A DNA stretch of 64,000 nucleotides from Gammaproteobacteria bacterium (GCA_038922795.1 JBCKWI010000002.1:2756-66755); one strand, 5' to 3'; counted from the stretch's first letter, positions 1 to 11,085 are shown. Program-made: numbers and translations. The notes: generated by a model not told the origin, from the sequence alone.

Positions 1-47
1 ATATTCATTCGAGTGTTATAGTGGCGCGCAATCACTGTGTAACTAAT

Positions 48-95
48 GGGGTCGCCCATTAGTCGTCATTCTGTCAAGGGGCGACCCCTTTATTG
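48..95 (+). terminator. Stem-loop (10-bp stem 48-57/79-88, 21-nt loop) followed by TTTATT; possible terminator of a gene upstream of the window
   Basis: ggggtcgccc...gggcgacccc then tttatt, read directly. The loop is long for a canonical intrinsic terminator. Confidence 0.4.
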
Positions 96-261
96 ATTCT
101 TATGCAGCAAGTTCCGTGCGGTTCATTTGGGACGTTAACTGGAGGCAACAATGAATGAGATGAGTAAGTGGCGCAAGCGTTTATATAACGAAAACGGGCC
201 GCAACGCTTAGAAAGCATCTACGGTTAGCTCCAACGGCTTGCGACAAATCGTGCCGTCTTT

Positions 262-762
262 TTGTCCTTAATTAAAATGCTTACTCAAAGCAAAATCGAC
301 CCGGGTGACCTTTTTTGGAATTTCATTACTGATGGTTATCGCTGTGATCAGGTATTGAGTTTGCGAAGGCTAACTGAGAGCAATCTGGCCCGCGGAAAGC
401 CTAAATCGATTAAACAACAAGTTAACTCGTTAAGAGGGCTTGCAGAACATTTGCAAGATGTTGAAGCAATCAACAAACTAAGTACGATAACGAATAAGCT
501 CAATGATGTAGCAAATAAGGTTTTCGCGCATAATGACTTGAAGACAGCAGATAATGAAAGGGTTTTGACGCTCCCAAAACATGATGACTTGGATGAGATG
601 CTCAAGGATCTTTATCAAGTTGCTACAGATCTAGGTAACAAAATTGAGGTTAACGTACCCGACAAGTTAGTCCCTATCAATCGATTCGATTGGTCGCAAG
701 CTTTTTCCTATCCATGGCGACCACACAATTATGACGATAGCAATATATGGAATGAGTTATAG
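262..762 (+). CDS. Hypothetical protein. The same frame is open back to an ATG at 151 except for one TAG at 226-228.
   Basis: 166-aa ORF with no family I recognise and no SD before TTG262 or ATG277. GGAGG at 141-145 precedes ATG151 in the same frame. Confidence 0.5.
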   Translation: MSLIKMLTQSKIDPGDLFWNFITDGYRCDQVLSLRRLTESNLARGKPKSIKQQVNSLRGLAEHLQDVEAINKLSTITNKLNDVANKVFAHNDLKTADNERVLTLPKHDDLDEMLKDLYQVATDLGNKIEVNVPDKLVPINRFDWSQAFSYPWRPHNYDDSNIWNEL

Positions 763-847
763 GGAAGTGCATTCTGCCTTAACGTGAGATCGGGGTCTGG
801 TCTTGCAATAACTCACACATTTCTTCTTCGCTGGAATAAAATGAAAC

Positions 848-1219
848 ATGTATTCCCTATTCCTGGCAAATCTGGTTTTAATACTTCATGCATTGTTTAT
901 TGTCTTCGTCATCTTTGGCGGACTATTGGCATTGTGGTCGCGCCGCGTGATCTGGATACACCTGCCCTGCGCCGTATGGGGGATACTGATTGAATTCCGG
1001 GGCTGGATCTGTCCTCTGACCTATCTGGAGAATGATCTGCGCGAGGCCGCCGGTGTTTCAGGGTACTCCGGTGGTTTTATTGAACATTATCTGACGCCCA
1101 TCATCTATCCGCCCGGATTGACGCAGGAGATCCAGATCCTTCTCGGCATCTCTGTGGTCTTTATCAACCTGTTAGTTTACAGCTATGTAGGATGGCGTTG
1201 GCACCGTTATCGTACCTGA
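848..1219 (+). CDS. DUF2784-family small membrane protein
   Basis: 123 aa and hydrophobic. The LHLPCAVWGILIEFRGWICPLTYLEN motif matches my recollection of DUF2784. Confidence 0.75.
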   Translation: MYSLFLANLVLILHALFIVFVIFGGLLALWSRRVIWIHLPCAVWGILIEFRGWICPLTYLENDLREAAGVSGYSGGFIEHYLTPIIYPPGLTQEIQILLGISVVFINLLVYSYVGWRWHRYRT

Positions 1220-1855
1220 CATGCTTTAGCTCTCCGTATGCCTTGCCGTGGTGTGAGGCACACGACCACATGGATGTGGGAGATAGAGCAACGCCGGGAG
1301 CAGTTGCCGAGCGGTAGTGCAAAAATGACAGGGCAAGGATTGTTCCCTACAATCCTATTGCATTTCCTCCATCCCTAGAGGTCATGTAATTATTAGCTCA
1401 GATGAGGTGGACGACATACATGGATGTATTAGTGTTGCGTGAAGCATGGATGCTGGGAGCAACTGCGAATATGAGCGGCGCGTCAGCCGCAGCGAACACC
1501 ACGGGGTGAGGTGGATCAAGAGAAATGTCCAGTGGACATTTCTCCCGCCGAACGGGCATACAGGGAAGTATGCACCGGACATCAAGCGATGCAGGACAGC
1601 ATCGCGCAGATCAAGGCATTCGGAGAAAGTTTTCTTGGCTACTTCTTTTTGAAAAGAAGTAGCTCGCCGTAGGAGGCGAAACCAAAAGTAAAACAAAGCA
1701 GATGAGTCAAAAACTTTTCCCTCACCCCAACCCTCGATAACTGCTCCCGGCATTATTCTACCTCCTGCATCCATGCAGTCGTCTCCCGGAGGGAGAGGGA
1801 GTTTATATGAGTCTGTCTAAAGTTGATTAGTGTTGGCTTTTTCCGATTGATTAAT
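1220..1855. repeat. Non-coding cluster of nested small repeats
   Basis: CTC-associated hairpin element copies at 1262-1308 (reverse) and 1736-1783. Hairpin modules at 1520-1544 and 1639-1662. tRNA-Thr-like 5' fragment at 1380-1402. Track ORFs here are repeat translations. Confidence 0.7.
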
Positions 1856-2584
1856 TTAACCAGTTTTGATTTCAACACCCGATCCAACACTCAATCCCAA
1901 TATCTCCGCAGCACTCCCCTTATTCACCGCTATTTCCACCAGGCCATTCGAATTCTCATACCAGAAAGGTTCACCCTCAGCTGCTGCTGAAAAGGTCTTT
2001 GCATAAGGCAGCTCCTTACCGGACATATGCAGTCTTGCATTTTTGTTTATGCTGGCGGCAGTAATCCCCGTCATGCAATTGCCAAATGCATCGATATAAA
2101 TGACCTCATTTAGTTCATCCAGCCACTGGTGTTGGTCCTGCCATTGAATCTTTTCACCCGGGATATCAATACCGTTGGCGATCATGGCGCAGACCGGGGC
2201 GTAGAGATCGCGGCCATGAAAACTCGATGAGAGCTTTTCCGGCCGCCAGTGGATCTTCCAGCATTCGGTCTTTTTCGAACGACGCACCAGAATATCAAAA
2301 ACACCATTGTCCGGTCCGGCAAACCAGCGATTATCTACCCGCATCACCACTGGAGTATCATCGAAACTGCCCACCCCCGGATCTACCACACAGAAGAAAA
2401 TGGAACCCACAGGAAATTTCGGCGCATAGGCTACCAGCAGATAGGCAGCGGCCTTCGGATTTTGTCTGGGTAAATCAGCAAACAGGTTAATCACTGTCGA
2501 CTTGGATGATTCATGGCACAGGACTGCCTCGACCTGGCCGATATAGGGCCCCTGCAAACCATAGTCTGTGAAGAGGACTATCAT
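1856..2584 (-). CDS. SAM hydroxide adenosyltransferase family protein (DUF62, chlorinase/fluorinase-like)
   Basis: 242 aa. N-terminal MIVLFTDYGLQGPYIGQVEAV and VVDPGVGS motifs are typical of the DUF62 family. Confidence 0.8.
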   Translation of the reverse strand: MIVLFTDYGLQGPYIGQVEAVLCHESSKSTVINLFADLPRQNPKAAAYLLVAYAPKFPVGSIFFCVVDPGVGSFDDTPVVMRVDNRWFAGPDNGVFDILVRRSKKTECWKIHWRPEKLSSSFHGRDLYAPVCAMIANGIDIPGEKIQWQDQHQWLDELNEVIYIDAFGNCMTGITAASINKNARLHMSGKELPYAKTFSAAAEGEPFWYENSNGLVEIAVNKGSAAEILGLSVGSGVEIKTG

Positions 2585-2858
2585 ATAGACAGTGTAGAGT
2601 TGAAAGTAAAAAGTGGAAAGCTAAATTAAACTATTCTGATGTATAGAATTGAGTCAAGGCGAGGCCCAGCACTTTCGAATAGAAAATATTATAATCAATT
2701 ATCGCAGCCAAATTCGCCTGGAGTGAGAAGTGATACAGGAACGTATCGTTTACAGAGCTAAGGATGTAATCTGACCGTGCGAAGCACGCCTTCGGTATAA
2801 ACCTGGGATAGTTTATAATTGAACGAAACAACAAATATTAATGCAATTTTTGCCCCCG

Positions 2859-2887
2859 TAAAAACAAAAGCCGGGCAATGCCCGGTT
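2859..2887 (-). terminator. Intrinsic terminator after rplQ
   Basis: On the minus strand: accgggcattgcccgg followed by cttttgttttt, about 25 nt downstream of the rplQ stop. Confidence 0.7.
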
Positions 2888-2912
2888 CTATTATAAATAT
2901 TTTTGTTATTAT

Positions 2913-3314
2913 TTATGCCGCATCCGCAGTCTTATTGTTTTCTTCCGCAGTATCTGATTTTCTGTCTATCAATTCCACTATTGCCATCGGGGCCTTGTCA
3001 CCAGGACGGAAACCACATTTCAATATACGCAGATAGCCACCGGGACGGTTCTTGTAACGCGGCCCCAATTCATTAAACAGTTTGGTCACCGCATCACGAT
3101 CCCGCAAACGCGAGAAGGCCAGACGGCGCTTCGCAACGGAATCACTCTTGGCTATGGTGATCAGAGGTTCGGCTACGCGGCGCAGTTCCTTGGCCTTGGG
3201 CAGGGTCGTTCTGATCATTTCATGATGCATGAGCGACACCGTCATGTTACGAAACATGGCCTTGCGGTGACTGCTGTTGCGATTCAGTTTTCTACCACTT
3301 TGACGATGACGCAT
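2913..3314 (-). CDS. rplQ: 50S ribosomal protein L17
   Basis: 133 aa starting [20 protein letters not shown]; follows rpoA as in the alpha operon. Confidence 0.97.
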   Translation of the reverse strand: MRHRQSGRKLNRNSSHRKAMFRNMTVSLMHHEMIRTTLPKAKELRRVAEPLITIAKSDSVAKRRLAFSRLRDRDAVTKLFNELGPRYKNRPGGYLRILKCGFRPGDKAPMAIVELIDRKSDTAEENNKTADAA

Positions 3315-3335
3315 AAAAAATCTCTCTTATTACTA

Positions 3336-4340
3336 TTAGGCAGATACTACAGTATCTTTATTTTCATAAAGTCCAGCCGGCGGCCAATTCTCAAGGCGCA
3401 TACCCAGGGACAACCCGCGCGATGCCAGTACATCCTTGATCTCGGTGAGTGACTTCTTGCCGAGATTAGGGGTCTTTAATAACTCTACCTCGGTTCGCTG
3501 AATCAGATCGCCAATGTAATAAATGCTCTCGGCCTTGAGACAATTTGCCGAACGTACAGTAAGTTCCAGATCATCTACCGGTCTGAGCAGTATCGGATCA
3601 ACATCCGGCTCATGGCTGACGGCGGCAATTTCTGATTCTTCTGCCTCCAGATCGACAAATACCGCCAGCTGGCTGCGCAATATCCTTGCGGCTTCCCGTA
3701 CTGCATCTTCCGGACCAATAGTGCCATTGGTTTCAATCTCCAGTACCAGCTTGTCCAGGTTGGTACGCTGCTCGACACGTGCACTCTGCACCTCATACGA
3801 AACCCGCCGTATGGGGCTGAAAGAGGCGTCCAGTTTCAGGTGGCCTATACTCAGATCCTCATCACTGCTACCCACGACCACGGGCCGGTAACCACGGCCA
3901 CGTTCGATTTTCATGGTCATGTTCAGTTCACCTGATTTGGTCAGGTTGGCAATAAGATGATCGGGGTTGGCAATCTCGACATCATGATCAACCGTAATAT
4001 CACTGGCCCTGACTTCGCCCAGTCCGCTTTTTCTGAGTGTCAAAATGGCTTCATCCTTGGCATGCATACGAATAGCCAGACCTTTCAGGTTCAGCAGGAT
4101 ATCGGTGACATCCTCCTGCACGCCTTCAATGGTTGTATATTCATGGAGAACATTCACTATCTCTGCCTCAACAACGGCACAACCAGGCATGGATGAGAGT
4201 AATACGCGGCGCAATGCGTTACCAAGCGTATGTCCGAATCCACGATCCAGGGGCTCGATGGTGATCTTCGCGCAGAATTCATTGATCGGGTCGACTTCAA
4301 CCCGCCGGGGTTTTAATAATTCATTAAATGCGACAGTCAT
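3336..4340 (-). CDS. rpoA: DNA-directed RNA polymerase subunit alpha
   Basis: 334 aa with canonical N- and C-terminal domain sequence ([13 protein letters not shown]). Confidence 0.98.
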   Translation of the reverse strand: MTVAFNELLKPRRVEVDPINEFCAKITIEPLDRGFGHTLGNALRRVLLSSMPGCAVVEAEIVNVLHEYTTIEGVQEDVTDILLNLKGLAIRMHAKDEAILTLRKSGLGEVRASDITVDHDVEIANPDHLIANLTKSGELNMTMKIERGRGYRPVVVGSSDEDLSIGHLKLDASFSPIRRVSYEVQSARVEQRTNLDKLVLEIETNGTIGPEDAVREAARILRSQLAVFVDLEAEESEIAAVSHEPDVDPILLRPVDDLELTVRSANCLKAESIYYIGDLIQRTEVELLKTPNLGKKSLTEIKDVLASRGLSLGMRLENWPPAGLYENKDTVVSA

Positions 4341-4361
4341 GTGTCCTGTTCCTCCTTAAGC

Positions 4362-4988
4362 TTACTTGGAGTAAAGCTCAACTACGAGTTGTTCATTAAG
4401 ATCCGGAGGTAACTCACTGCGTTCCGGAACGGATTTAAATACGCCCTCCATTTTCTTGGTATTAACATCAACCCAATCAGGAAAACCAAATTGTTCCGCA
4501 ATGTTCAATGCGTCCTGAATCCGTACCTGCTTTTTGCTTTTTTCTCTTATCATTATGGTGTCAGACGGTTTGACCTGATACGAAGGAATATTAACAGCCT
4601 TGCTATTTACCAGGATCGCCTTGTGGCTGACCAGTTGTCTGGCCTCATTCCTGGTGGTGCCAAAACCCATACGGTAAACAACATTATCAAGACGGCATTC
4701 AAGCAATTTTAACAGGTTCTCTCCTGTTGACCCCTTGAGACGTGCGGCTTCAAAGTAATATTTACGAAACTGTCTTTCCAGAATGCCATAAATACGGCGC
4801 AGTTTCTGTTTTTCACGCAACTGCAAACCATAGTTGGAAAGACGCTTGGTCTTGGTCTTGCCCGCTGCTTCGCCGGGGATCTTGTCGATCTGGCATTTTG
4901 ATTCAATCGGACGTGCCCTGCTCTTTAATAAAAGATCGGTCCCCTCACGCCGGCTGAGTTTACATTTTGGTCCTAAATAACGTGCCAT
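4362..4988 (-). CDS. rpsD: 30S ribosomal protein S4
   Basis: 208 aa starting [19 protein letters not shown]. Confidence 0.98.
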   Translation of the reverse strand: MARYLGPKCKLSRREGTDLLLKSRARPIESKCQIDKIPGEAAGKTKTKRLSNYGLQLREKQKLRRIYGILERQFRKYYFEAARLKGSTGENLLKLLECRLDNVVYRMGFGTTRNEARQLVSHKAILVNSKAVNIPSYQVKPSDTIMIREKSKKQVRIQDALNIAEQFGFPDWVDVNTKKMEGVFKSVPERSELPPDLNEQLVVELYSK

Positions 4989-5003
4989 AACTAAGCTCCA
5001 GTC

Positions 5004-5390
5004 TTATACGCGCCGCTTTTTAGGCGGGCGACAACCATTATGTGGTACAGGTGTCACATCGGTGATATTGGTGATCTTGTAACCCACTGCATTCAGTGCG
5101 CGTACAGCGGATTCACGGCCCGGTCCTGGCCCCTTGATCAACACTTCCAGGTTTTTAAGGCCAAATTCCTTTGCAGCTTCTCCGGCCTTCTGCGATGCCA
5201 CCTGTGCGGCAAACGGTGTACTTTTGCGTGAACCGCGAAAACCGCTGCCACCAGATGTTGCCCATGCCAGTGAATTCCCCTGACGATCGGTGATCGTGAC
5301 AATGGTGTTGTTAAATGAGGCGTGTATATGTGCCACGCCGTCGATGACAGTTCTTTTTACACGCTTTTTACGGCTGGTTACTTTTGCCAT
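5004..5390 (-). CDS. rpsK: 30S ribosomal protein S11
   Basis: 128 aa with [22 protein letters not shown] and a C-terminal [13 protein letters not shown]. Confidence 0.98.
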   Translation of the reverse strand: MAKVTSRKKRVKRTVIDGVAHIHASFNNTIVTITDRQGNSLAWATSGGSGFRGSRKSTPFAAQVASQKAGEAAKEFGLKNLEVLIKGPGPGRESAVRALNAVGYKITNITDVTPVPHNGCRPPKKRRV

Positions 5391-5410
5391 AGTCTTAACC
5401 TGTTATCACC

Positions 5411-5767
5411 CTATTTTTTTACACTGCGCCTTGGACCCTTGCGGGTTCTGGCATTGGTTTTTGTACGCTGGCCCCGGACCGGCAACCCTTTCCTGTGGCG
5501 TATGCCACGGTAAGTACCGAGATCCATTAAACGTTTGATGTTCATTGAAACTTCACGCCGCAGATCGCCTTCCAGACTGTATCCACCAACAGCCGTTCTT
5601 AATTTATCCAGATCGCCCTCTGTCAGTGCCCTGACCTTGGTCTGTGGTTGCAGACCAACTGCGCTGCAAATATTCAGGGCACGGGTACGCCCGATACCAT
5701 AGATATAGGTCAGTGCAATATTCAAATGCTTGTTGTCCGGTATATTTACACCTGCGATACGGGCCAT
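5411..5767 (-). CDS. rpsM: 30S ribosomal protein S13
   Basis: 118 aa starting [14 protein letters not shown]. Confidence 0.98.
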   Translation of the reverse strand: MARIAGVNIPDNKHLNIALTYIYGIGRTRALNICSAVGLQPQTKVRALTEGDLDKLRTAVGGYSLEGDLRREVSMNIKRLMDLGTYRGIRHRKGLPVRGQRTKTNARTRKGPRRSVKK

Positions 5768-5798
5768 CTTTATATATCTCCAAAAATCCGGGCTGTAA

Positions 5799-5912
5799 TC
5801 AGCCTTGACGTTGTTTATGCCGTGGATCAGAGCAAATTACGCGCACTGCGCCCCGGCGCCGGACGATGCGGCAATTACGACACATTTTTTTAACTGAAGC
5901 TCTAACTTTCAT
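5799..5912 (-). CDS. rpmJ: 50S ribosomal protein L36 (not in the ORF track)
   Basis: Hand translation of the minus strand gives [37 protein letters not shown]. It sits between secY and rpsM as expected. Confidence 0.93.
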   Translation of the reverse strand: MKVRASVKKMCRNCRIVRRRGAVRVICSDPRHKQRQG

Positions 5913-5955
5913 GATTGCTCTCCAAAATCCTGTCCGGCAAATTCGCGGGTTTACT

Positions 5956-7284
5956 CTAGCGCCTGCCGTGACCTTTCAGGTTGGCCTTTTTCAATAATCC
6001 TTCATATTGATGTGACATCAAATGGGCCTGCACCTGTGACATGAAATCCATTACCACAACAACGATAATCAACAGTGATGTGCCGCCAAAATAAAATGGC
6101 ACGTTAAATTTCAAAATCAGAAACTCGGGCAACAGACAGACAGATGTAATATAAATTGCGCCCGCCATCGTTAACTTGGTCAGTATATTGTCCAGATACG
6201 ATGCAGTCTGTTCACCTGGCCGCATCCCCGGTACAAATGCACCGGATTTCTTCAGATTGTCCGCTGTTTCACGGGGATCAAACACAATCGCCGTATAAAA
6301 AAAACAGAAGAACACTATGAATGCTGCATACAGCATTACATAGAGCGGCTGGCCCGGTGACATACCTGCCACCAGATTTTGCAGCCATTGCATCCCTTCA
6401 CTCTGTCCAAACCAACTGCCCAGCGTGGCCGGGAATAAAATAATGCTGGAAGCAAATATGGGCGGTATGACACCTGCCATATTCAGTTTCAAGGGCAAAT
6501 GGCTGGACTGCCCTGCATACATCTTTCTTCCAACCTGACGCTTGGCATAATTGATCGTGATACGCCGCTGCCCGCGCTCTACAAATACCACAAAACCCGT
6601 TACCACCACGGCCAGTGCAAACAGGCCGATGACAGCCAGCAGATGCAGTTCTCCGGTACGTGATAATTCCAGCGTACCGCCAATTGCTGCCGGCAGGCCT
6701 GCCACAATACCGGCAAAAATAATCATTGAAATTCCGTTACCTACACCGCGTTCGGTAATCTGTTCACCCAACCACATTAAAAACATGGTGCCGGTGACCA
6801 GCGACACCACTGTCGTAATCCTGAAACTCAGGCCCGCACTCAAAACGACATTTTGCCCTTCCAGTGCAATAGCAACACCGAATGCCTGAAAGGTTGCCAA
6901 CAACACTGTACCGTAGCGGGTGTACTGCGTAATCTTGCGACGGCCCATCTCGCCTTCCTTGCGCAGTTGCTTCAGCTTCGGGTCGATGAATGACAGCAAC
7001 TGCATAATAATCGACGCCGAAATATACGGCATGATCCCGAGTGCAACGACAGACAATCTTTCCAATGCGCCGCCTGAAAACATGTTAAACATGTCCAGGA
7101 TCGTGCCACTCTGCCGGTCAAACATATCCATCAGTGCCTGGGCATTAATGCCGGGAACCGGGATATGCGTTGTTATCCTGAATACAAACAACGCAACTAA
7201 CACAAACAGCAACCGCTGGCGCAGCTCCTTGAGCTTGCTGAGACCTGCCAAACCTCCCGGGATTGCCGGATTAGCAGCTGACAT
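5956..7284 (-). CDS. secY: Preprotein translocase subunit SecY
   Basis: 442-aa polytopic membrane protein in the canonical position after rplO. Confidence 0.98.
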   Translation of the reverse strand: MSAANPAIPGGLAGLSKLKELRQRLLFVLVALFVFRITTHIPVPGINAQALMDMFDRQSGTILDMFNMFSGGALERLSVVALGIMPYISASIIMQLLSFIDPKLKQLRKEGEMGRRKITQYTRYGTVLLATFQAFGVAIALEGQNVVLSAGLSFRITTVVSLVTGTMFLMWLGEQITERGVGNGISMIIFAGIVAGLPAAIGGTLELSRTGELHLLAVIGLFALAVVVTGFVVFVERGQRRITINYAKRQVGRKMYAGQSSHLPLKLNMAGVIPPIFASSIILFPATLGSWFGQSEGMQWLQNLVAGMSPGQPLYVMLYAAFIVFFCFFYTAIVFDPRETADNLKKSGAFVPGMRPGEQTASYLDNILTKLTMAGAIYITSVCLLPEFLILKFNVPFYFGGTSLLIIVVVVMDFMSQVQAHLMSHQYEGLLKKANLKGHGRR

Positions 7285-7722
7285 CTATTCTTCTACCACC
7301 TTGCCGCCTGCTGCTTCAATTGCAGCACGCGCACCCTTGGTAACACCAAGTCCCTTGATAGTGACTGCCTTGTCCAGTTTGCCGGAACAAATTACCTTTG
7401 CACGAATAATGTTTTTTGCCAAAAGGTTAGCCACCTTCAATGCGGCCAGATCAATAATGCTGGCTTCAACTTTCGCCAGTTCGTTCAGGCGTATTTCACC
7501 GGTGACCTCTGACAGTTGCGAATGAAAACCCAGCTTGGGTAAACGGCGCTGCAATGGCATCTGACCACCTTCAAAACCCACCTTGTGATATCCACCCGCC
7601 CTGGCCTTCTGGCCTTTGTGACCACGGCCACCGGTCTTGCCCAGCCCGGAACCAATACCACGGCCCAGTCTCTTTGCTGCCGGTTTGGAACCAGCCTTTG
7701 GTTTTATAGTGTTCAATCGCAT
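7285..7722 (-). CDS. rplO: 50S ribosomal protein L15
   Basis: [13 protein letters not shown]...[13 protein letters not shown]. Start moved to the Met that aligns with the E. coli L15 N-terminus; the track start 7731 is also possible. Confidence 0.95.
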   Translation of the reverse strand: MRLNTIKPKAGSKPAAKRLGRGIGSGLGKTGGRGHKGQKARAGGYHKVGFEGGQMPLQRRLPKLGFHSQLSEVTGEIRLNELAKVEASIIDLAALKVANLLAKNIIRAKVICSGKLDKAVTIKGLGVTKGARAAIEAAGGKVVEE

Positions 7723-7723
7723 C

Positions 7724-7915
7724 TCATGCATCCTCTACGGCAACCATATAAGCCACCTTGTTAATCATCCCGCGAATCTCGGGTGTATCAATCAATGTGA
7801 CTGTGTGGCCAATACGCCGCAGGCCCAGTCCGGCAATTGTGGCCTTGTGAGCTGCAAGACGCTTGTTGGTGCTGCGTGTAAGCGTAACCTTGACCTGTTT
7901 CTTCTTGTTCGCCAT
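7724..7915 (-). CDS. rpmD: 50S ribosomal protein L30
   Basis: 63 aa, located between rpsE and rplO. Confidence 0.95.
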   Translation of the reverse strand: MANKKKQVKVTLTRSTNKRLAAHKATIAGLGLRRIGHTVTLIDTPEIRGMINKVAYMVAVEDA

Positions 7916-7917
7916 GT

Positions 7918-8424
7918 TTAATCCGCTAATTCCTTGACTTTCTTGCCTCGCTTGGCGGCAATATGCTCAGGAGAGGAAATTTGCTGTAACCCTTTAATGG
8001 TGGCACGAACTACATTAATCGGATTGGTTGAACCTATGGATTTTGCCAATACATTGTGTATGCCAACGACTTCAAATACGGCGCGCATCGCGCCCCCGGC
8101 AATGATACCGGTGCCGTCTGAAGCCGGTTGCATGTAGACCTTGGCGGCACCATGGTTCGCAGTGACTGCGTAGTGCAATGTGCCTTCCTTAAGAGCAACA
8201 GAGACCATGTTACGGCGGGCGTCTTCCATTGCCTTTTGTATCGCCAGTGGTACCTCGCGTGATTTGCCGCAACCCAAACCCACCTTGCCATTGCCATCGC
8301 CCACGACCGTCAACGCGGAGAAGCGGAACTGTCTGCCACCCTTGACTACTTTTGCAACACGATTGACTGCAACCAGTTTTTCCTGGAGATCTTCGTTACC
8401 TGTAATTGATTCAGTGACTGCCAT
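7918..8424 (-). CDS. rpsE: 30S ribosomal protein S5
   Basis: 168 aa with [30 protein letters not shown]. Confidence 0.98.
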   Translation of the reverse strand: MAVTESITGNEDLQEKLVAVNRVAKVVKGGRQFRFSALTVVGDGNGKVGLGCGKSREVPLAIQKAMEDARRNMVSVALKEGTLHYAVTANHGAAKVYMQPASDGTGIIAGGAMRAVFEVVGIHNVLAKSIGSTNPINVVRATIKGLQQISSPEHIAAKRGKKVKELAD

Positions 8425-8436
8425 CGCTTATGACCT

Positions 8437-8790
8437 CTATAGTTCCATACCTTGTTCGCGGGCAGCATCGGCCAATGCCTTGATGCGCCCATGATATTTA
8501 AATCCGGAACGATCAAAAGCCACCTTGGTCACCCCTGCCTTCTTGGCCCGCTCCGCCAAAATCTTGCCGACTACCGTAGCGGCGGCAATATTACCGCTGT
8601 ATTTGATCTGTGCCTTTACTTCCTTATCCAGGGTAGAAGCACTCGTGATCACCTGAGAACCATTTGGCGCAATAATCTGCGCATACATATGTCTTGGTGT
8701 TTTGTAAACACAGAGACGATTGCGCCCGTTGAGTCTGATCTTCGCCCGGGTCAGTTGTGCGCGGCGTAATCTGGCTATTTTCTTATTCAT
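8437..8790 (-). CDS. rplR: 50S ribosomal protein L18
   Basis: 117 aa with a C-terminal [23 protein letters not shown]. Confidence 0.97.
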   Translation of the reverse strand: MNKKIARLRRAQLTRAKIRLNGRNRLCVYKTPRHMYAQIIAPNGSQVITSASTLDKEVKAQIKYSGNIAAATVVGKILAERAKKAGVTKVAFDRSGFKYHGRIKALADAAREQGMEL

Positions 8791-8810
8791 GTCTCTTTAA
8801 ACCTGTGGCA

Positions 8811-9344
8811 TTAAGCCTTCTTGGCTTCCTTACGGATGATGACTTCATCAGAATAACGTACACCCTTGCCCTTGTAAGGTTCCGGTGGACGGTAATCACG
8901 GATATTGGCGGCTACCTGGCCCACCTGCTGTTTGTCTATCCCTTTGATGACGATTTCAGTCTGGGAAGGTGTCTCTACAGTTATACCTTCAGGGACAGGA
9001 AAATTGACCGGATGTGAAAACCCCAGGGTCAGATTCAATATCTTCCCTTGTGCCTGGGCACGATATCCCACTCCAATAATTTCCAGCTTGCGTTGGTAAC
9101 CTTCACTGACCCCAGTCACATTATTCTGTAACAGTGCACGGGTTGTCCCTGATAATGCCTTGGCGGATTTCGAGTTGTTTTTCACACCGATTTTAAGCGT
9201 GCCTTCTTCCTGTTGCACGGTGACCAGTTGATGTGCCTCATGAGTCAATTGGCCCTTTTTGCCCTTGATGGCCACAGTATTCCCTTTGATGTTGACTTCA
9301 ACACCTGACGGAATAGTGATTGGATTTTTTGCAATGCGTGACAT
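8811..9344 (-). CDS. rplF: 50S ribosomal protein L6
   Basis: Start trimmed to [15 protein letters not shown], which aligns with E. coli MSRVAKAPV. The track ORF extends 19 codons further upstream. Confidence 0.96.
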   Translation of the reverse strand: MSRIAKNPITIPSGVEVNIKGNTVAIKGKKGQLTHEAHQLVTVQQEEGTLKIGVKNNSKSAKALSGTTRALLQNNVTGVSEGYQRKLEIIGVGYRAQAQGKILNLTLGFSHPVNFPVPEGITVETPSQTEIVIKGIDKQQVGQVAANIRDYRPPEPYKGKGVRYSDEVIIRKEAKKA

Positions 9345-9357
9345 TTCTCTTATCTCA

Positions 9358-9753
9358 TCAAGCGACAATACACAGCACTTCGCCCCCGATACCCTGGGCA
9401 CGTGCGTTCTTGTCCGTCATTAAACCTCTGGATGTGGAAATTATCGCCATACCGAAACCACCGAGCACCCTGGGCAGATCATCTTTGGATTTGAATCTGC
9501 GCAGACTGGGTTTGCTTACCCTCTGCAGTTTTTCTATCACCGGCTTCCCATCAAAATATTTGAGTTCCACAATCAGTGTTTTTTTATCGTCATTTTCATT
9601 GACCTCATAACCGCTAATGTAACCTTCCTGCTCGAGGATCTCGGCAATTGCCACCTTGAGCTTGGATGAAGGTATATTAACCTTGATCCTGGCCCTGGCC
9701 TGGCCATTACTTATCTGGCAGAACATATCTGCTATAGGGTCTTGCATACTCAT
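9358..9753 (-). CDS. rpsH: 30S ribosomal protein S8
   Basis: 131 aa starting [18 protein letters not shown]. Confidence 0.98.
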   Translation of the reverse strand: MSMQDPIADMFCQISNGQARARIKVNIPSSKLKVAIAEILEQEGYISGYEVNENDDKKTLIVELKYFDGKPVIEKLQRVSKPSLRRFKSKDDLPRVLGGFGMAIISTSRGLMTDKNARAQGIGGEVLCIVA

Positions 9754-9892
9754 ATAAATTCAGTTCAAAGTTAAAAGATCAAAGTTAAAAGTATTATTAA
9801 AAATTTCTCTCAAGCATAAAATTGAGCGTGACATATTTCCGGAACACTTATGAACCATTCTTTTCACTTTCAACTTTATACTTTTCACTATC
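9754..9892. repeat. AT-rich 139-bp spacer with imperfect inverted arms built from AAGTTAAAAG-type words
   Basis: Left arm caaagttaaaag x2; right arm cttttcact x2 plus caacttt. A related segment lies at about 2590-2690, and AAGTTAAAAAG words occur at 35010-35095. Confidence 0.55.
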
Positions 9893-10198
9893 TTACCAAC
9901 TTGCCTTGACCAGTCCGGGGACATCCCCGCGCATGGCGGCTTCACGCAATTTGTTTCTGCCCAGACCGAATTTACGGTAATAACCATGCGGACGGCCGGT
10001 AATGCTGCAGCGATTACGCAATCTGGACTTGCTTGAATCACGTGGCAGCATGTTTAATTTATTACGTGCTGAAGTCCGTTCCTCTTCACTCAGGGACAGA
10101 TCAATTATCTTGGCCTTGAGTGTCAGACGTTTTGCAGCATATTTCCTGACCAGGCGATTGCGCTTAATCTCGCGATTAACCATAGAGGTCTTTGCCAT
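9893..10198 (-). CDS. rpsN: 30S ribosomal protein S14
   Basis: 101 aa starting [13 protein letters not shown] with a C-terminal [11 protein letters not shown]. Confidence 0.98.
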   Translation of the reverse strand: MAKTSMVNREIKRNRLVRKYAAKRLTLKAKIIDLSLSEEERTSARNKLNMLPRDSSKSRLRNRCSITGRPHGYYRKFGLGRNKLREAAMRGDVPGLVKASW

Positions 10199-10213
10199 AT
10201 TCTCGATCTGCCC

Positions 10214-10753
10214 TTAAGTACGTAATGGAAACTTGAATGCCGTTAATAATGCACGTGCCTCTTCGTCAGAACGTGCTGTTGTGGTGATAGTAATGTCCAT
10301 GCCACGTAATGTATCAATCTTGTCGTAATCAATTTCCGGGAAAATAATCTGTTCTTTCACGCCGATGGTGTAATTTCCACGGCCATCGAAAGAGCGCGGG
10401 CTGAAACCACGAAAATCCCGGATTCTAGGTATCGCAATTGCAATCAGGCGATCCAGAAATTCATACATGCGATCGCGTCTCAGGGTTACTTTACAACCGA
10501 TGGGCCAGCCTTCACGCAACTTGAAATTGGCAACCGATTTTTTTGCATGGGTGACAACCGGTTTCTGGCCACTGATCTTGGTCAAATCTTCTACTGCATG
10601 TTCAATAATTTTCTTGTCCGCAGCAGCCTCACCAAGACCCATATTAATGGTAATCTTGCTGATACGAGGCACCTGCATCACGGATTTGTACTTGAACTGC
10701 CCAGTTAACTGAGGCATCACCGTTTCGCGGTAGTAATCTTCTAATCTTGGCAT
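10214..10753 (-). CDS. rplE: 50S ribosomal protein L5
   Basis: 179 aa in the canonical spc-operon position. Confidence 0.98.
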   Translation of the reverse strand: MPRLEDYYRETVMPQLTGQFKYKSVMQVPRISKITINMGLGEAAADKKIIEHAVEDLTKISGQKPVVTHAKKSVANFKLREGWPIGCKVTLRRDRMYEFLDRLIAIAIPRIRDFRGFSPRSFDGRGNYTIGVKEQIIFPEIDYDKIDTLRGMDITITTTARSDEEARALLTAFKFPLRT

Positions 10754-10764
10754 GACGCTAAACC

Positions 10765-11085
10765 TCAGATATCCACGACTTCATTGTTGGACTTGTAAAA
10801 ACGCACTTTCTTCCCGTCTTCCAGTGTCCTGTACCCGATCCGATCCGCCTTTTGGGTGATCGGATTCCGGATAGCCACATTTGAAACATGTATGGGCATT
10901 TCCTTTTCTATAATTCCGCCAGCGGCACCCTGCATCGGGTTGCCCTTGGTATGGCGCTTGGCCATATTAATGTTCTCAACGATGACCTTTGCCTCATCTT
11001 TCAAAACATTCAGCACCGTACCGGTCTTGCCTTTATCCTTGCCGGCAAGCACGACGACCTCATCACCTTTCCTGATCTTTTGCAT
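10765..11085 (-). CDS. rplX: 50S ribosomal protein L24
   Basis: 106 aa starting [20 protein letters not shown]. Confidence 0.97.
   Translation of the reverse strand: MQKIRKGDEVVVLAGKDKGKTGTVLNVLKDEAKVIVENINMAKRHTKGNPMQGAAGGIIEKEMPIHVSNVAIRNPITQKADRIGYRTLEDGKKVRFYKSNNEVVDI

Noticed and set aside
1382-1774. 130-aa minus-strand and 68-aa plus-strand ORFs in the repeat cluster.
   Set aside because: They are composed of nested repeat copies and hairpins, with no RBS or family resemblance.
2631-2834. 67-aa ORF in the 328-bp gap between the DUF62 gene and rplQ.
   Set aside because: There is no RBS and the composition is odd. The region overlaps the AT-rich repeat segment and probably holds the DUF62 gene promoter and the rplQ terminator instead.
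9760-10041. 93-aa minus-strand ORF across the rpsN-rpsH spacer.
   Set aside because: It overlaps rpsN out of frame and translates the AT-rich repeat spacer.
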